A stretch of DNA of 54,815 nt, counting the filler, from Sphacelaria rigidula (taxonomy: Eukaryota), in NCBI GenBank assembly GCA_964200075.2. It is 3 parts of 3 records of this genome, joined end to end, with 100 filler letters (N's around TTAATTAATTAA, not from the genome) between each part and the next. Parts side by side here need not be neighbours in the genome. Positions count along the whole stretch, not along the records: positions 18,310 to 36,514 come from CAXNAA020000896.1; positions 36,615 to 54,815 come from CAXNAA020000897.1; 1 more part is not named here. One strand, given 5' to 3'. Position numbers and translations under genes: made by a program. The notes below the pieces were generated by a model, which did no database searches, was not told where the DNA came from, and saw nothing but the letters and a program-made list of their open reading frames with translations. Positions 25,700-36,907 of this stretch are shown piece after piece (positions within the stretch are counted from its first letter, which is position 1; each line of letters begins with the position of its first letter).

Positions 25700-26750
25700 A
25701 ACGACTTTCACATTCCCCGAAACAAACCATCAACGCAGAACGTATCCACGCCTGCATCGGAACACACTGACGAGTGATCTTTGGCGGACTCGCTTACCGC
25801 GTCTCCGCCACTTTCCGCCGTATTCCTCTCGCACTTGGCCATCTTGTATCCCTTCTCCCCACACCTCATGCAGCGCGCGTACGGGCAGTTTCTAGCACGA
25901 TGGATTGCTTTCTGTTTGTACACGAAGTCGTGCGCATGCGATAGATCCTCGCACTGACTGTCTGTCTGAGCTGTTGAGCTTGGATCACGCCCGTCATCTC
26001 TTTCGCCCTGGTCCTCGTTGGCCTTTCGTCCTGTCCCCCGGGTTCTTCCACGAAGGCGTGAGCCGCTGGGTATTCCCTTTTGAGTATTTGCGACGAGGGT
26101 CTCCTTATCCGCCTACTCCTTGCCCCGACCTAGTATTACTGTGAATGCGCTCCACTCGTACCGACTTCTCCCGATCGTCACTAGAGCTTCTCTGGATCGG
26201 TGACCTTTCATCCCCTCCAGTTATCGTCTTCGAACGTCATACTCCGGGGGCAAAGCATTGACGAATTTGGACAAGACGAGGGCATCATTGAAGTATCCGA
26301 AATCTTCGTAGCTACGGGGCATTCTTGGTGTACTTTCGACCTCGACGAGTTGTAGAACAGAGTCCTTTCCCGCATCTATCGCTACGTTGTCTAGTCTGCT
26401 TAACAGTACCAGTCTAGCCTCCTGTGTCTTAGGACTGTGCATCTTTAGTAGTAACCACCGTGCTGCACTCGGAAAGCGCTCGCCAAACAATGTATCCTGA
26501 TCAACTTCTACGGTCAGACTCACAGACAACACTTGCCATGTCTTTGTGTGAGCGTAGACGACATCTTTTCCCGTGCTGTTCTCCCGACGCCGTCATCGCT
26601 ACACCTGGGCCCCCTACGTTTGCGTCGTCGTTGTCATCACCGGTGAACACCCAGTTCGACCTCACGTGTCTAGCATATTTCAAGAAGGCATTTTTGAATC
26701 TTTCAAAAATCATTATCTTTTCCGGCGACCTTTGCATGTGAACTCATATG
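25700..26750 (-). mobile_element. Degenerate Ty1/copia-like LTR retrotransposon gag with zinc knuckles
   Basis: Broken frames give FERFKNAFLKYARH.. / SAARWLLLKMHSPKTQEARLVLLSRLDNV..DALVLSKFVNALPPEYDV (copia gag-like) and HRARNCPYARCMRCGEKGYKMAKC (tandem CX2CX4HX4C with H>Y in the second). It contains stops and frameshifts. Confidence 0.72.
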
Positions 26751-27764
26751 AACTTCGGATTTACCTGCTTAAAACCACCAGAAGCACCGATCCCATCGTC
26801 GTGCAGACCACCAGGTGTACTGTACTGTAATACCGCGACCGAGACTATTGCTAACACCATTGCCATACCCAAGGCGAATGCGCGACTCACAGGCCATTGC
26901 TCTCTTTCGTATCTTGGGTGGCTCTCACGCGCTTGTTGTGGGAATCATGTCCACCAAGAACATCGTCGTGCTGCCGCCGGACGGCTGTGTTTACTCCCCT
27001 CGCCGCCGGCAATTGTGTTGCAGTGGTATCCCTACTCCATTCACTGGTGAGCCACCCATGAGGCAGTGTGTAACCCGCCACGTGTAAATCAATCAATACA
27101 TCACACACGGGCGCATCCCTTCTCCATCGGGGATCTCATAACGTAGATTCTACTGATGATCTGATCACAGGAACAAAGCGCGCCACACAATCGCAGCCAG
27201 CTTCGACTCAAAGAGAGAGCGTTTTGTGAAGCTGAAGTGACCCTTTGTTTCTCACTTGATGGTGACCGTTTCACAGCCATGCTATCGGTAGAATGAAAAG
27301 GAGTAGCAGCATCTATCCGTTGTCCCTACATGGTGAAGAAAGAGGAGCATGGCACTACATCCGCCGAGCTCAATGGTGCCGAGAAAAGGCAAGTGCCAAC
27401 TCTGTACACACTGCGTTACGAAGTGTGCGCGGTTAGGGTGGCAACCTCTTCGATTGGGAGGTGAAAGCGAAATCTTGTAGTCCCGGACCCCCCGCGGCTT
27501 GAGTCCGGAATATCAGCTTCCGTGAGGGCTCTTGACACTCAGATCCTCTAGTTTTTGTTCTCACTTCTAACCCCTCCCGTTTCTCGGGATGAGCCCACGG
27601 TCTCGAGGGATCAACCCATCTCTCCCCGGTACACGCATCACATGTTGTGTATCGCGGATTGGATCGGCACTACCGCAACGCGTCGATTGTCGTCTGACAA
27701 ACTCAGTCAGGCACATTAATTCTGCTACTCACGTACGTCGTCACGCTTTCAACTACGGAAATCA

Positions 27765-27875
27765 GATACTTACGAGAAAAAAATACAAGCTAGGCATATC
27801 TGGCGGGAATCGACCTCGTGTTTTCCCCGCTCTAACGGTATCAATTGTTCCATTTTAATTCAGGCCACCGGGGCA
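27765..27875 (-). mobile_element. Degenerate tRNA-related SINE-like repeat
   Basis: Minus strand GCCCCGGTGGCCTG...GAGGTCGATTCCCGCC followed by a T-run. The 5' end matches the 36707 copy. Confidence 0.4.
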
Positions 27876-30800
27876 CGGGGATCACAAACGCGTTGTATGG
27901 CACCGTACATTTCATCGACGAGTTTGCGAATTGCACGTTGATACCCCGTTAACTTAGACTACGATATATCTTTCCTGACGAAGTGGGTAAAAGTCGCTTG
28001 AGTGACGAGGTTGCGTGCTGTTGTGGCCATGAGAGACTGATGCAGGATCTAACCCAAAGTGACGTAGTCGAGATCTCCAGCAAGCAGGAAATTAAATGAA
28101 GAATATTACGCTGATTGCCGAAAGCTGACACCTGACGAGATATAGAAGGCGCGACACGAGCGAGATCCTGTCCTCATGAATCCCACCCGAACACCGCCCT
28201 AGAAGCAAGAGCAAGTAGAATTGCCTTCGAAGCACAACACTGTTTGTCGTAGTACCGTTCATTTGATTTGCTGTGATGAAGCTTTTTCATTTTCACTTAC
28301 GAAGGAAACTAACGGTGAACGAGGGAGTGGACTGGCACACCCTAGACAGACCGCACAAAAGCGCACGTCGACACGAATTCCCCCGCTTCTCTTGCGGCCC
28401 ACCGGTTGGGGGGTGGACGTCAGCGGCGAGTGGACGCCTCTAGAGGGTCAGCGGGCTGTTCGAGGTACGTCATGATGCATCCGCACGCACGTCGAACAGT
28501 GTGATATACAACACAAGCGGTGTTTGGTGTCGGTTTAGACTGCGTCACTCGTAGTAGGATGGTGGATATTCCATTGGTGCATCTTTTGTATATCATTAGA
28601 TTTCCCTGTATTCCGTCGTCATTGACGACTCTGTGCGCTAGCTGCTCATCTTTTCCGTTTCACAGTGTAGTTCGCACGTTGTCACGAGGCCAGCAAGCCT
28701 CAGTATTTTTGAGGCACTTCGATATTCCAAGTATGCCGTCAATATTACGTAAGCGCAACGAAAGACAACATTGATTGGCGACAATCTGACGGGCCCATAC
28801 ACCCTTGGACGAAAGCGGTGGTCCATGACCCATCATGGTAACACCTGTTGGCTTCACGAGCGATATCGTGGGTGGCGTTTCATTCCTTTTCCCGATCTAC
28901 TCACTGCTGTCTGTCCGCATTCATCGTTTTCCCACCGGATTGGTATTCGAATGAACTATCTCATACCTACGTCGTAGACTTTTTTGGTGCCGTTCTAATG
29001 TTTCAGGTATCGGTCACATCCCGCTGACGTGGACAGATAGTCGGGGGAATTCCCTGCTACACCTGGTGGCGCAATATAACGACATTGCGTTGCTCAAGGT
29101 TAGAAATGTTTCTCGTGTAGGAACTACTCGAAAGTTTAGATTTCAGTTTGGGGCTGAAAACAATTGGAGAATGTCCCGCCAGTCAGGATAGGGCTAAGAT
29201 TTATCGAACGATTGGAGACGAATCGTGCTGCCTCGTATGATGGTTACGGGGGTCGATTTATTGTCGAGGAAGGGCCGGATGGGTTGCATTGCAGGGGTGC
29301 CAGCCACAGCGCAGTAGAGCATCTACTGCCCTGATGAACGGGTGGGGTATGTGTTGTTGACCACATGATTAGCCTCGACGCTAAGGTACTACCAATAGAA
29401 TGGATTGGACGTCTGTTGAGTCCGAGACGTCGCAGCACCCTTAGCATCCAAGTTTTATCGTGGCAAAGTATGTATTATGCATGAAAAACAAACCTCATTC
29501 CTACAGCAGGAGGTGGTGCGTTTGCGCATTTCTCAGCAGGGAGTTTACGATACTAAGTTCCACCTCGTCGAGGTATCTCGAAACTCACAGGGGAAGTGTT
29601 GGTTTTGGTGTCTCGATATGAGGGCTGCTGTTCGGTGACTATGCATCCCACCAGCCTCGCCGCTTGGTACGTGTGCTCCAAGTGTAACATCTGCTCATGT
29701 TTCGAAGTAATGGACAGTGACGGCTGCCTGTATGCGTGTGTATCTATGCACGGTGCGTGCGCCAGAAAGTACTAGATTGCGAGCAGAGGCGAAAGCAGGC
29801 TCTTGACAGGCGAGATCAGCGGCGCGCTCGCGTTCTGGTGAGCCGGTCCATTTAACGCTGAGAAATTCTGCTGTCGAGGCTTCATGTTGAGTGTGAACAT
29901 CGACTCTTCTCTCCGGTGCCGACGGACCCACTGCAGTAATTACGATAATAGTGTAAGCATGTTATTGGATGACCTCCAGATCAGGCTGCTCTCATCGAAT
30001 TTCATCCTCGGTCGCTCCTTGATTTATCTCATGTCACGGTGTTGCACGGTGTGTCATTTTCCAGAAACGAGCGGAGGAGTGGAGCAAAAACAACATGAGA
30101 GGGGACAACGCAAAGAGGTTTGGTTTGACCGCGAAGCCTCTTACCATCACGGAAATACGAAGGCGCATAAAGGCGAGAGGTTTAGACAATGACATCGAGG
30201 TCAGCTGGGCTGAGCCAGGAAGATAGTAGCGCCGTGGGTACACCCATCGTTTGCCCCATGCACGTGGACGAGGCCTTGTGCGCACTCTGGTATGCTTTGT
30301 GTGATTGTTCGGGAGCAACGTTTTCGAGTATTTTAGTGCGTTCACCTGTGGCCCTGGCGCTTATCATATCTCATTGCGCTTCTACCCAGAACTCTTTATA
30401 CCAAGTGGAATGCAGGAGGGTTCCATGCTCGTGTGTGCGGCGAACCACTGCCCTCGTTGCCCTTGATCGTGATCGAAGCCGGCCACAGTTTGGTCTACGT
30501 GTTGCCGTCGCGGCGTGCACCGCATTGATTATTGCGTGCGGGTAAGTTGATGGCATGCCCGAATAAAGATGCTCGTAGAAATCAGGCACAATCTCATGTC
30601 TCCTGGTCGACACTCCCAGGGCCTGGACCATCCCGGGAAGCCTACTTACCCACCGACTATTCTGCTGTCGTCCCCGCGTTCCTACGGATGGCGTAAGACG
30701 TGAGACATACATTCAGACTATCATACACATACATTCAGAACATTGATCGCACATACATACAGTGATTTATGTTCATCACCCTATCGACGATCGTTCATCA

Positions 30801-31434
30801 GGTTTTTGACCTCAAGTTACCCCTTCAATCTCAAGGTTCCTACTCGTACGTCTCTCAGCAAAATAGCCTCTTGAGCGTGATATTCCTCGTGAGTAGCTTG
30901 ATACCGGCTTTTACTGTGCACAAATTGGACGGAGATAGCCGACGACCGTGTGTCCTTGTTGCTCATAATGTCTCCATGATTCGGCGGAGCAGGAGCAGCA
31001 ACTGGCAGACGAGACGGCGGGGGGCTACAAGCTCGACCCATCCTCTGTCGCTAGCGACGACGGAGAAGAGCACGACGACATCGATAAAGAGGTGACACTG
31101 CCCACAACTTAAAGTCCTACGATACAGGGGAGGCATCCTCTTTGCCGTCCGGAATATAAAAGCGCATGTTCTCCTCCGAAAGAAACGCCAACATCGTTCT
31201 CACCTCCTACCGACGTTGCTGTAACACCCTGTGACTTAGCGTCATGATAATGCCTCGTTGTTCCGTGTTTTACGCCGGTGCCACAAAGGGGCCGTTCCTA
31301 GGTAAGCAGTTCCACGGCCCTACTCTATTGTGACCTATCGTTGAATAGCCCTTCTGGACTATCTAGTTCGTACCGTTGGTATTGACTCGCAACCCTTTGT
31401 TCTGCGATTAGGTAAAGGGGGCTCTGCATTATCG

Positions 31435-31790
31435 TACAAGCTCCACCTGGGACATGGGTATTCATCTGGGGCGTCCATTTGGAATCTCACAGCCGTCTGG
31501 GAAAATGGATACCCAAGATGAACGTTTACATGGGAAGCGGATATCAATCTGGAATGTCCATTTGGAATCTGGGATCCATCTTGGACACTCGTCCGAAATA
31601 TCCATCTGACAAAGTCAGGATCCATCTGAGATATCAAAATTTATCTGGGAGCTCCACCTAGGACGCCCATCTTGGACGCCCATCTGGGGCATGCATATCT
31701 AGATGAGATGACCATCTGGGCATGGAATGTCTCACATGAACATCCGACTCGGACGGGACATGGACGTCCACCTGTAACATATTACCTGCT
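31435..31790. repeat. Degenerate short-unit minisatellite (CCATCTGGG-like, ~12 bp); a further patch lies at ~32135-32240
   Basis: Many CCATCT(G/T)G / CCACCT motifs, with some reverse-complement (CAGATG/AGATG) copies. Confidence 0.65.
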
Positions 31791-33974
31791 GAGACCACTT
31801 TGCCTCGCTGACGTCTTTCCTGGATGCACTCTCCTCTAAGCACACGAACTGGATCCCAAGCCTTAACCGAAGCAAGGCCATGGCCCTGACCGAGACTCAT
31901 AGACGACTCACCCGCTGGTGACGATGCATTTTAGTGAACGTGCACTGATGACTACACACCTGGTAAAGTGTGGTCGGGCGGAGCACCGTGAAATATGCGC
32001 TGGATCAGTGAAGTGCACCGTGCACTGGTATAGCGCGCACGCCCAACCTATCGTGTGCCGGTAGGGCGTAGTGATGGTACGCTGGGAGGGTATACATCTC
32101 GGTCGGCGATAAATCGCCGTGCTATGCCAGCAGGGATGAACGTCGGAGATGCACATCTCAGATTGGTGGGAAGTCTCAGATGAATATCCCACATATATAT
32201 CCCAGTTGAGTTTGAGACTCCAAATGCACATGCCAGATGTATATAGTAGTATTTTGTTCACAGCATCGAAAAAAATACGACACTGACCGCGAGAACCTCA
32301 CGCCTGGCTGGTGAAGCATGGTGAGTTGACTACGAGTATCATCGTATCAGCCGAAAAGTTACGTCTTGAATTAGTTCACGCTTGTGTAGTATTTTACAGG
32401 TATCGTTTTTTCGAGCCGCATCAGGATTTGTGTATCACTCGTGCAGGTCTGGCGGGAGACGACTCCCGCCGAGAAAGTATCTGCTCAAATAGTGCAGTCT
32501 CCACATCACCAAGTAGCAACTGAGTCGCGATCTGCTTTTACGATCTTGTTTTTTGCGCGATCTACTCACCTGAAACCATGCAGCCGGGGTCTGTCGAGTT
32601 TTTTTCAGAATCGGTGCTAGAGCTCAGCGTGTCGTCTTTTCTTCTGTTCCTTTCCCTTCTCCTTCTTTTTCTCCCCTTTTATTCTTATTTCCCCCTCATC
32701 GCTTTTCATCCCTTTCCTACCTCTACTTTCCATTGACGATTATTTTTCCCATTTTGTTCATTTTGGGCACGTCTGTTTGTGACCATAAATGCATTTGTAA
32801 TGCGCCGACATTTGCTGTTATTTGGCTGCAGGGTAAGGAGGGGAACATATCGTCGATATCACCACAGTCGCTGTTCTACCCCAACCGCTTCCAATCGCAT
32901 CCGCTGCCTTCCAGGACTCTCAAGATATGGTGTTTCCTTACGCCAGCGCATGCCACAGGTGGCTGTCATTGGATCCGAGATATGACGGCTGCGGCGAGGC
33001 GGGCCGACAGGTTATGACGAAACTGAGGGGGCTTGTGGAAGAAGAAGCCCTGCGTAAGGTCAGTACGGCGACATTGATCTACCATCGTCTCCCGCCTCAT
33101 ATAGTGTGGCGTGTATATAGTGTTATACGTACTGGACAATAATGAGATTACATGGCTCAAAAGCAGCCGGGAGGTACTGATCGGGTGACTGTCATCAGCG
33201 GTGAGAATGTAGCTGCAGTCGGTCCAAGTTTTGAGTGCAAAACATAGCAGCGGCAACAGCCGCATTACGTAGGCCTGGTTCAGGAAACTACCATCATCAC
33301 CGAGGGGGGTGTTGGGAGATGGGTTCTATTCATGCGCTCATGCGTTTTGCTGGGTAATCAGAATATCTCGACATATTTAACGGAACATAGAACCAGAGCT
33401 GGAAAACGAGAAGGTATTGTGTGCCAGAAAGTACATCCACAGCCTCACGTGTTTCTCCGATGGAAACACGTTCGGATGCGGGGCCGTTTGCGTTTGGTTG
33501 TGACAGATCATTCGTCGTGCCGGGATGTACAGCAACAAACGGCTCAGCGAGGGAGACTGGTACCACCGAACCGCGGTGAGAACGAAGGCATGGTACTCGT
33601 ACGTACATTAGGGAGTGGGCGAAAGGGACGACCAAGCATGCTGCAAACTGTCGCCATATCCCAATCAGAGTATCCTTGCAGTTCCCTTGTGCAGAGACAA
33701 AATAATAAAGTGAAGGCAACAGGAATTTTCGCTGTACACACAGTTGAGCCGCAAAGGAGGTCACGAGCTACCTTGGACGATCCGCATCGTCAAGAAATAC
33801 GTACAGCATGGTCCTAGGCTACAGCGTGACGCTGCGGCGGGTTGACGCCGCATCAGTCTGGAAAGCTGCGGAGACACATCTCAAACTATCCCAATGGAAG
33901 TACTACGATGAAAGGGTATTCGGTAATGCTGTTCACGACACCGTTGTCGTAATTGATGATGATTACTCGGAGAA

Positions 33975-34390
33975 TTTACAACACCGCCCCGTTCTTCACC
34001 AAAACAGCTCGGATCCACAGAAGACCAAGTGCGTTGTAACCACACGACTCCCAGCTATCGGGAAAACTGTCTTGTAGGCTGATCCGGTCAGTGGTTGCGG
34101 GAAAATTCCCACTGAAACGTCAAGTCTCAGCAGTTTTAGACCCGTGTCGTGAATACGGCTTATTATACTACACCACCCCGTTCCTCACTAAAACAGCTCA
34201 GATCCGCACAAGATTAAGTGCGCTGTGACCACACGGCCTCCATCTATAAGGAAAACTGTCTTGCAGGTCGATCCGGCCAGTGGTTGCGAAGCTATGCCCA
34301 CTCAAGGGTCAAAACCGGCATTTTTTAGACCGGTGTCGTATATACGGCTTATATACGACATCACACCCGTTCTTCATCAAAACACCTTGC
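33975..34390 (+). repeat. Tandem array of 189-bp modules (left arm, ~2.2 units)
   Basis: CCCGTTC(T/C)TCA..AAAACA anchors at 33991, 34180 and 34369 give an exact 189-bp spacing. Confidence 0.85.
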
Positions 34391-35889
34391 GTCGTGGGAA
34401 AATGGCCAATTGTGGGCCGGAAAAAATGGCCCACCGATGCAGATGCTGCGCAGGAGTTAGGCGTGGAAGAATAACCTCGTGGGTGGAAGGGGACAGCTGC
34501 AGCGGATACCCAAACGGATGTAGGGGGGTACGTGACGTTGGCGAGCCCCGGGTCCTCCGAACCCACGCTCGCGCTGCACACTCTCTCTGCATATCGCGAC
34601 AAGAACACACCCGCACACACAGACACATATCTACACGAACAGCGACATGAACCTCACGACGGCGAATCCTCACCACGCTGCGTTGGCCACAGAGTGCCTC
34701 CAAGGCCTCGGGATCGACAGGGCACGGCGAAGGCTGGGACGGGCATCATCAAGGCGACGATGAAACCTTCTGAGGGCCCACGTTTGACCGCAACGACGGA
34801 ATAGATGGTGTAAATCCCAGCGGAACGTGGAAATGCAGGCAACGCAAGACCGAAGATCATGCGATCAGGGGCGAATTTTTCCCAGCATGAGGGCAAATAT
34901 CAGGAATAACGTGAAAGAGCGAAACCGTGAGGTTGCTTCTGTTTGATGAAGCGCTGGAGATTCAGGAACAACTTGACAAACACGTTCAGTACCTGTTGAA
35001 GGCACCCGGCTGTGACCCCAAGGCCGAAGAACCAAGCACAAGCGTCCGACAAAGGGAGGTCGAAACTTTTCGATTCACGCGATGAACGTAAAGTTGACAA
35101 GCGAGCGAGACAGCAAACACCGACGTAACTCAGGCTTTCCTCAATCCTAAGGGTCGGCAGGAAAAAATCCGTAGAGATTCAAGGACGAAGTATTCCATCG
35201 GGGGTGGGTTTGTAGGGAGGAGGAGAAAAAGAGCCCAGACGCAGAGCTCCAGCAACGGAGGGCAAGCGTAGCCCCAGTACCTGGCTAAGTGCGATCGGTC
35301 GTAGCCAGTTCTGTCTTGTGGCGGGAGGGGGGCGGGGGGGCGCGTGGTGTGTGGATATCGGCTTGGGTGTGTGAAAGGGGCGGAGCATGGCACTGCTGCG
35401 CTATCGCGTTGCTAATTTGTACGCCAACTTGAATAGAATAAGGTGCGTGGAGCCTTGGCACGCACGTCGACGATACTAGTATGCTTCAAAATAGCAGCCG
35501 TGTACGCGTTACTCGATTCACGAGCACCAGGTACTTCACGCCGTGTTTATTCTGTGCATTCTTCAAGGTATTCGTATCGGTAATGCCTGAACCCTACTTC
35601 ACGTGCTGGAACTGGACGGACGTCAACACGTGGCGTGCCTCTCGGATATGTTTCATATCAAACGGTATTGTTCGCTTGTAGGCCTGTCGGTAGGAGCGAG
35701 TGGGAGAGAGAGAATAACTCGGCTTCGGGATCCTCCTCCGACCTCGGAGGGTATTCGTTTATGCGTACCTCCTATACAGCATATGCATCGGTGGGCGATA
35801 CCTCCCCCCCCCCGACCACAGTTGCCCGTTGCTTCATGATGCAAGGTGGTTTGAGCGAGGACACAGGCTTACTCTCCGGGTTGGCCTTG

Positions 35890-36450
35890 AAAGCTAGTTC
35901 CCCTGATAGCTGGGTGCCATGCGGTTATAGGGCACTTGCTCTCGAGCGGATCCCAGCTGTTTCGGTGAAGAACGGAGCGGTGTCGTATAGATAGGATTTA
36001 TTTACATCAGTCTACCATTGCCGAATTTGGCTCTTTAGTGAGCATTTCTCCACAACCACTGACCGTATCGGCCTGCGAGATAGTCTTTCTGATAGCTAGG
36101 GCCCTTGCGGTCACAGCTCACTTACTCTTGAGCGGATCCATGTTGTTTTGGTGGAGGACGGGGCGGTGTCGTCTATAATCCTTACTGACGACACCTTCAA
36201 GTACCGATCTTGGTTCTTAACCGGGAATTTCTCCGCCACCACTGACCGGATCGTTTTTTCCCGATAGCTGGGGGCCATGCGGTTACAGCGCACTTACTGT
36301 TCTGCGGATCCGAGCTATTTTCGTGAATAATGGAACGGTGTCGTAAATAAGACTCACTTACGACGTCGGTCTAAAAGTGCCGATTTTGGCTCTTTAGTGC
36401 AAATTTCTCCACAACCACTGATCGTATAGCCTACGAGACAGTTTCACATG
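35890..36450 (-). repeat. Tandem array of the same module in inverted orientation (right arm, ~3 units, 172-186-bp spacing)
   Basis: GCGGATCC.(A)GCTGTTT..GTGAAGAACGG.GCGGTGTCG at 35947, 36133 and 36305, and ACAACCACTGACCG, are reverse complements of left-arm motifs. Confidence 0.85.
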
Positions 36451-36514
36451 TCGGACGGATCAGGTCGTGAGAGATCCGGGTCAGCTCATTTGGGGCATAA
36501 ATCATGATCTGTAC

Positions 36515-36614
36515 NNNNNNNNNNNNNNNNNNNNNNNNNNNNNNNNNNNNNNNNNNNNTTAATTAATTAANNNNNNNNNNNNNNNNNNNNNNNNNNNNNN
36601 NNNNNNNNNNNNNN
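36515..36614. other. Artificial contig-joining linker (N44-TTAATTAATTAA-N44)
   Basis: Same 100-nt structure, with TTAATTAATTAA at 36559-36570. Confidence 0.97.
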
Positions 36615-36707
36615 ATGGTGTGAGAAAAAATCCCAGATCACTCCGAGAATTGAACCCACGACACAACCGTCAGACAGTTTCGAGGTTACCAACTGAGCCA
36701 CCGGGGC
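36615..36707 (-). mobile_element. tRNA-derived SINE-like repeat in a VPS15 intron, truncated by the contig edge
   Basis: Minus strand reads GCCCCGGTGGCTCAGTTGGTAACCTCGAAACTGTCTGACGGTTGTGTCGTGGGTTCAATTCTCGG: A box, B box GGTTCAATTC, same family as 10745. Confidence 0.7.
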
Positions 36708-36716
36708 ATACCTTAC

Positions 36717-36907
36717 CTTCGCTTGGAGATACTCGATCCATTCGGGGCACTGCCGGCCACGCCGTGCAGGCTTCCGCCATACTGATTGCCCAAGCTGGCT
36801 GGAAGGGGCGAGCTCGCGCCGCTGCCGGCGCCGCTGGCGCTGCTGCCTATGCTGTTGGAATAGTACGGTACGCCTGCAGTTGAGGCTGCTAGCTCAACTC
36901 GCCACAC
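36717..36907 (-). CDS. VPS15: VPS15 exon (WD40 end plus insert); last exon visible before the contig edge
   Basis: CAG acceptor, GTAAGG donor; VWRVELAASTAGVPYYSNS...SISKR(R). Confidence 0.85.

Noticed and set aside
18310..36514. Continuation of VPS15 WD40 exons
   Set aside because: I found no WD40-like exons, and this is a separate contig.
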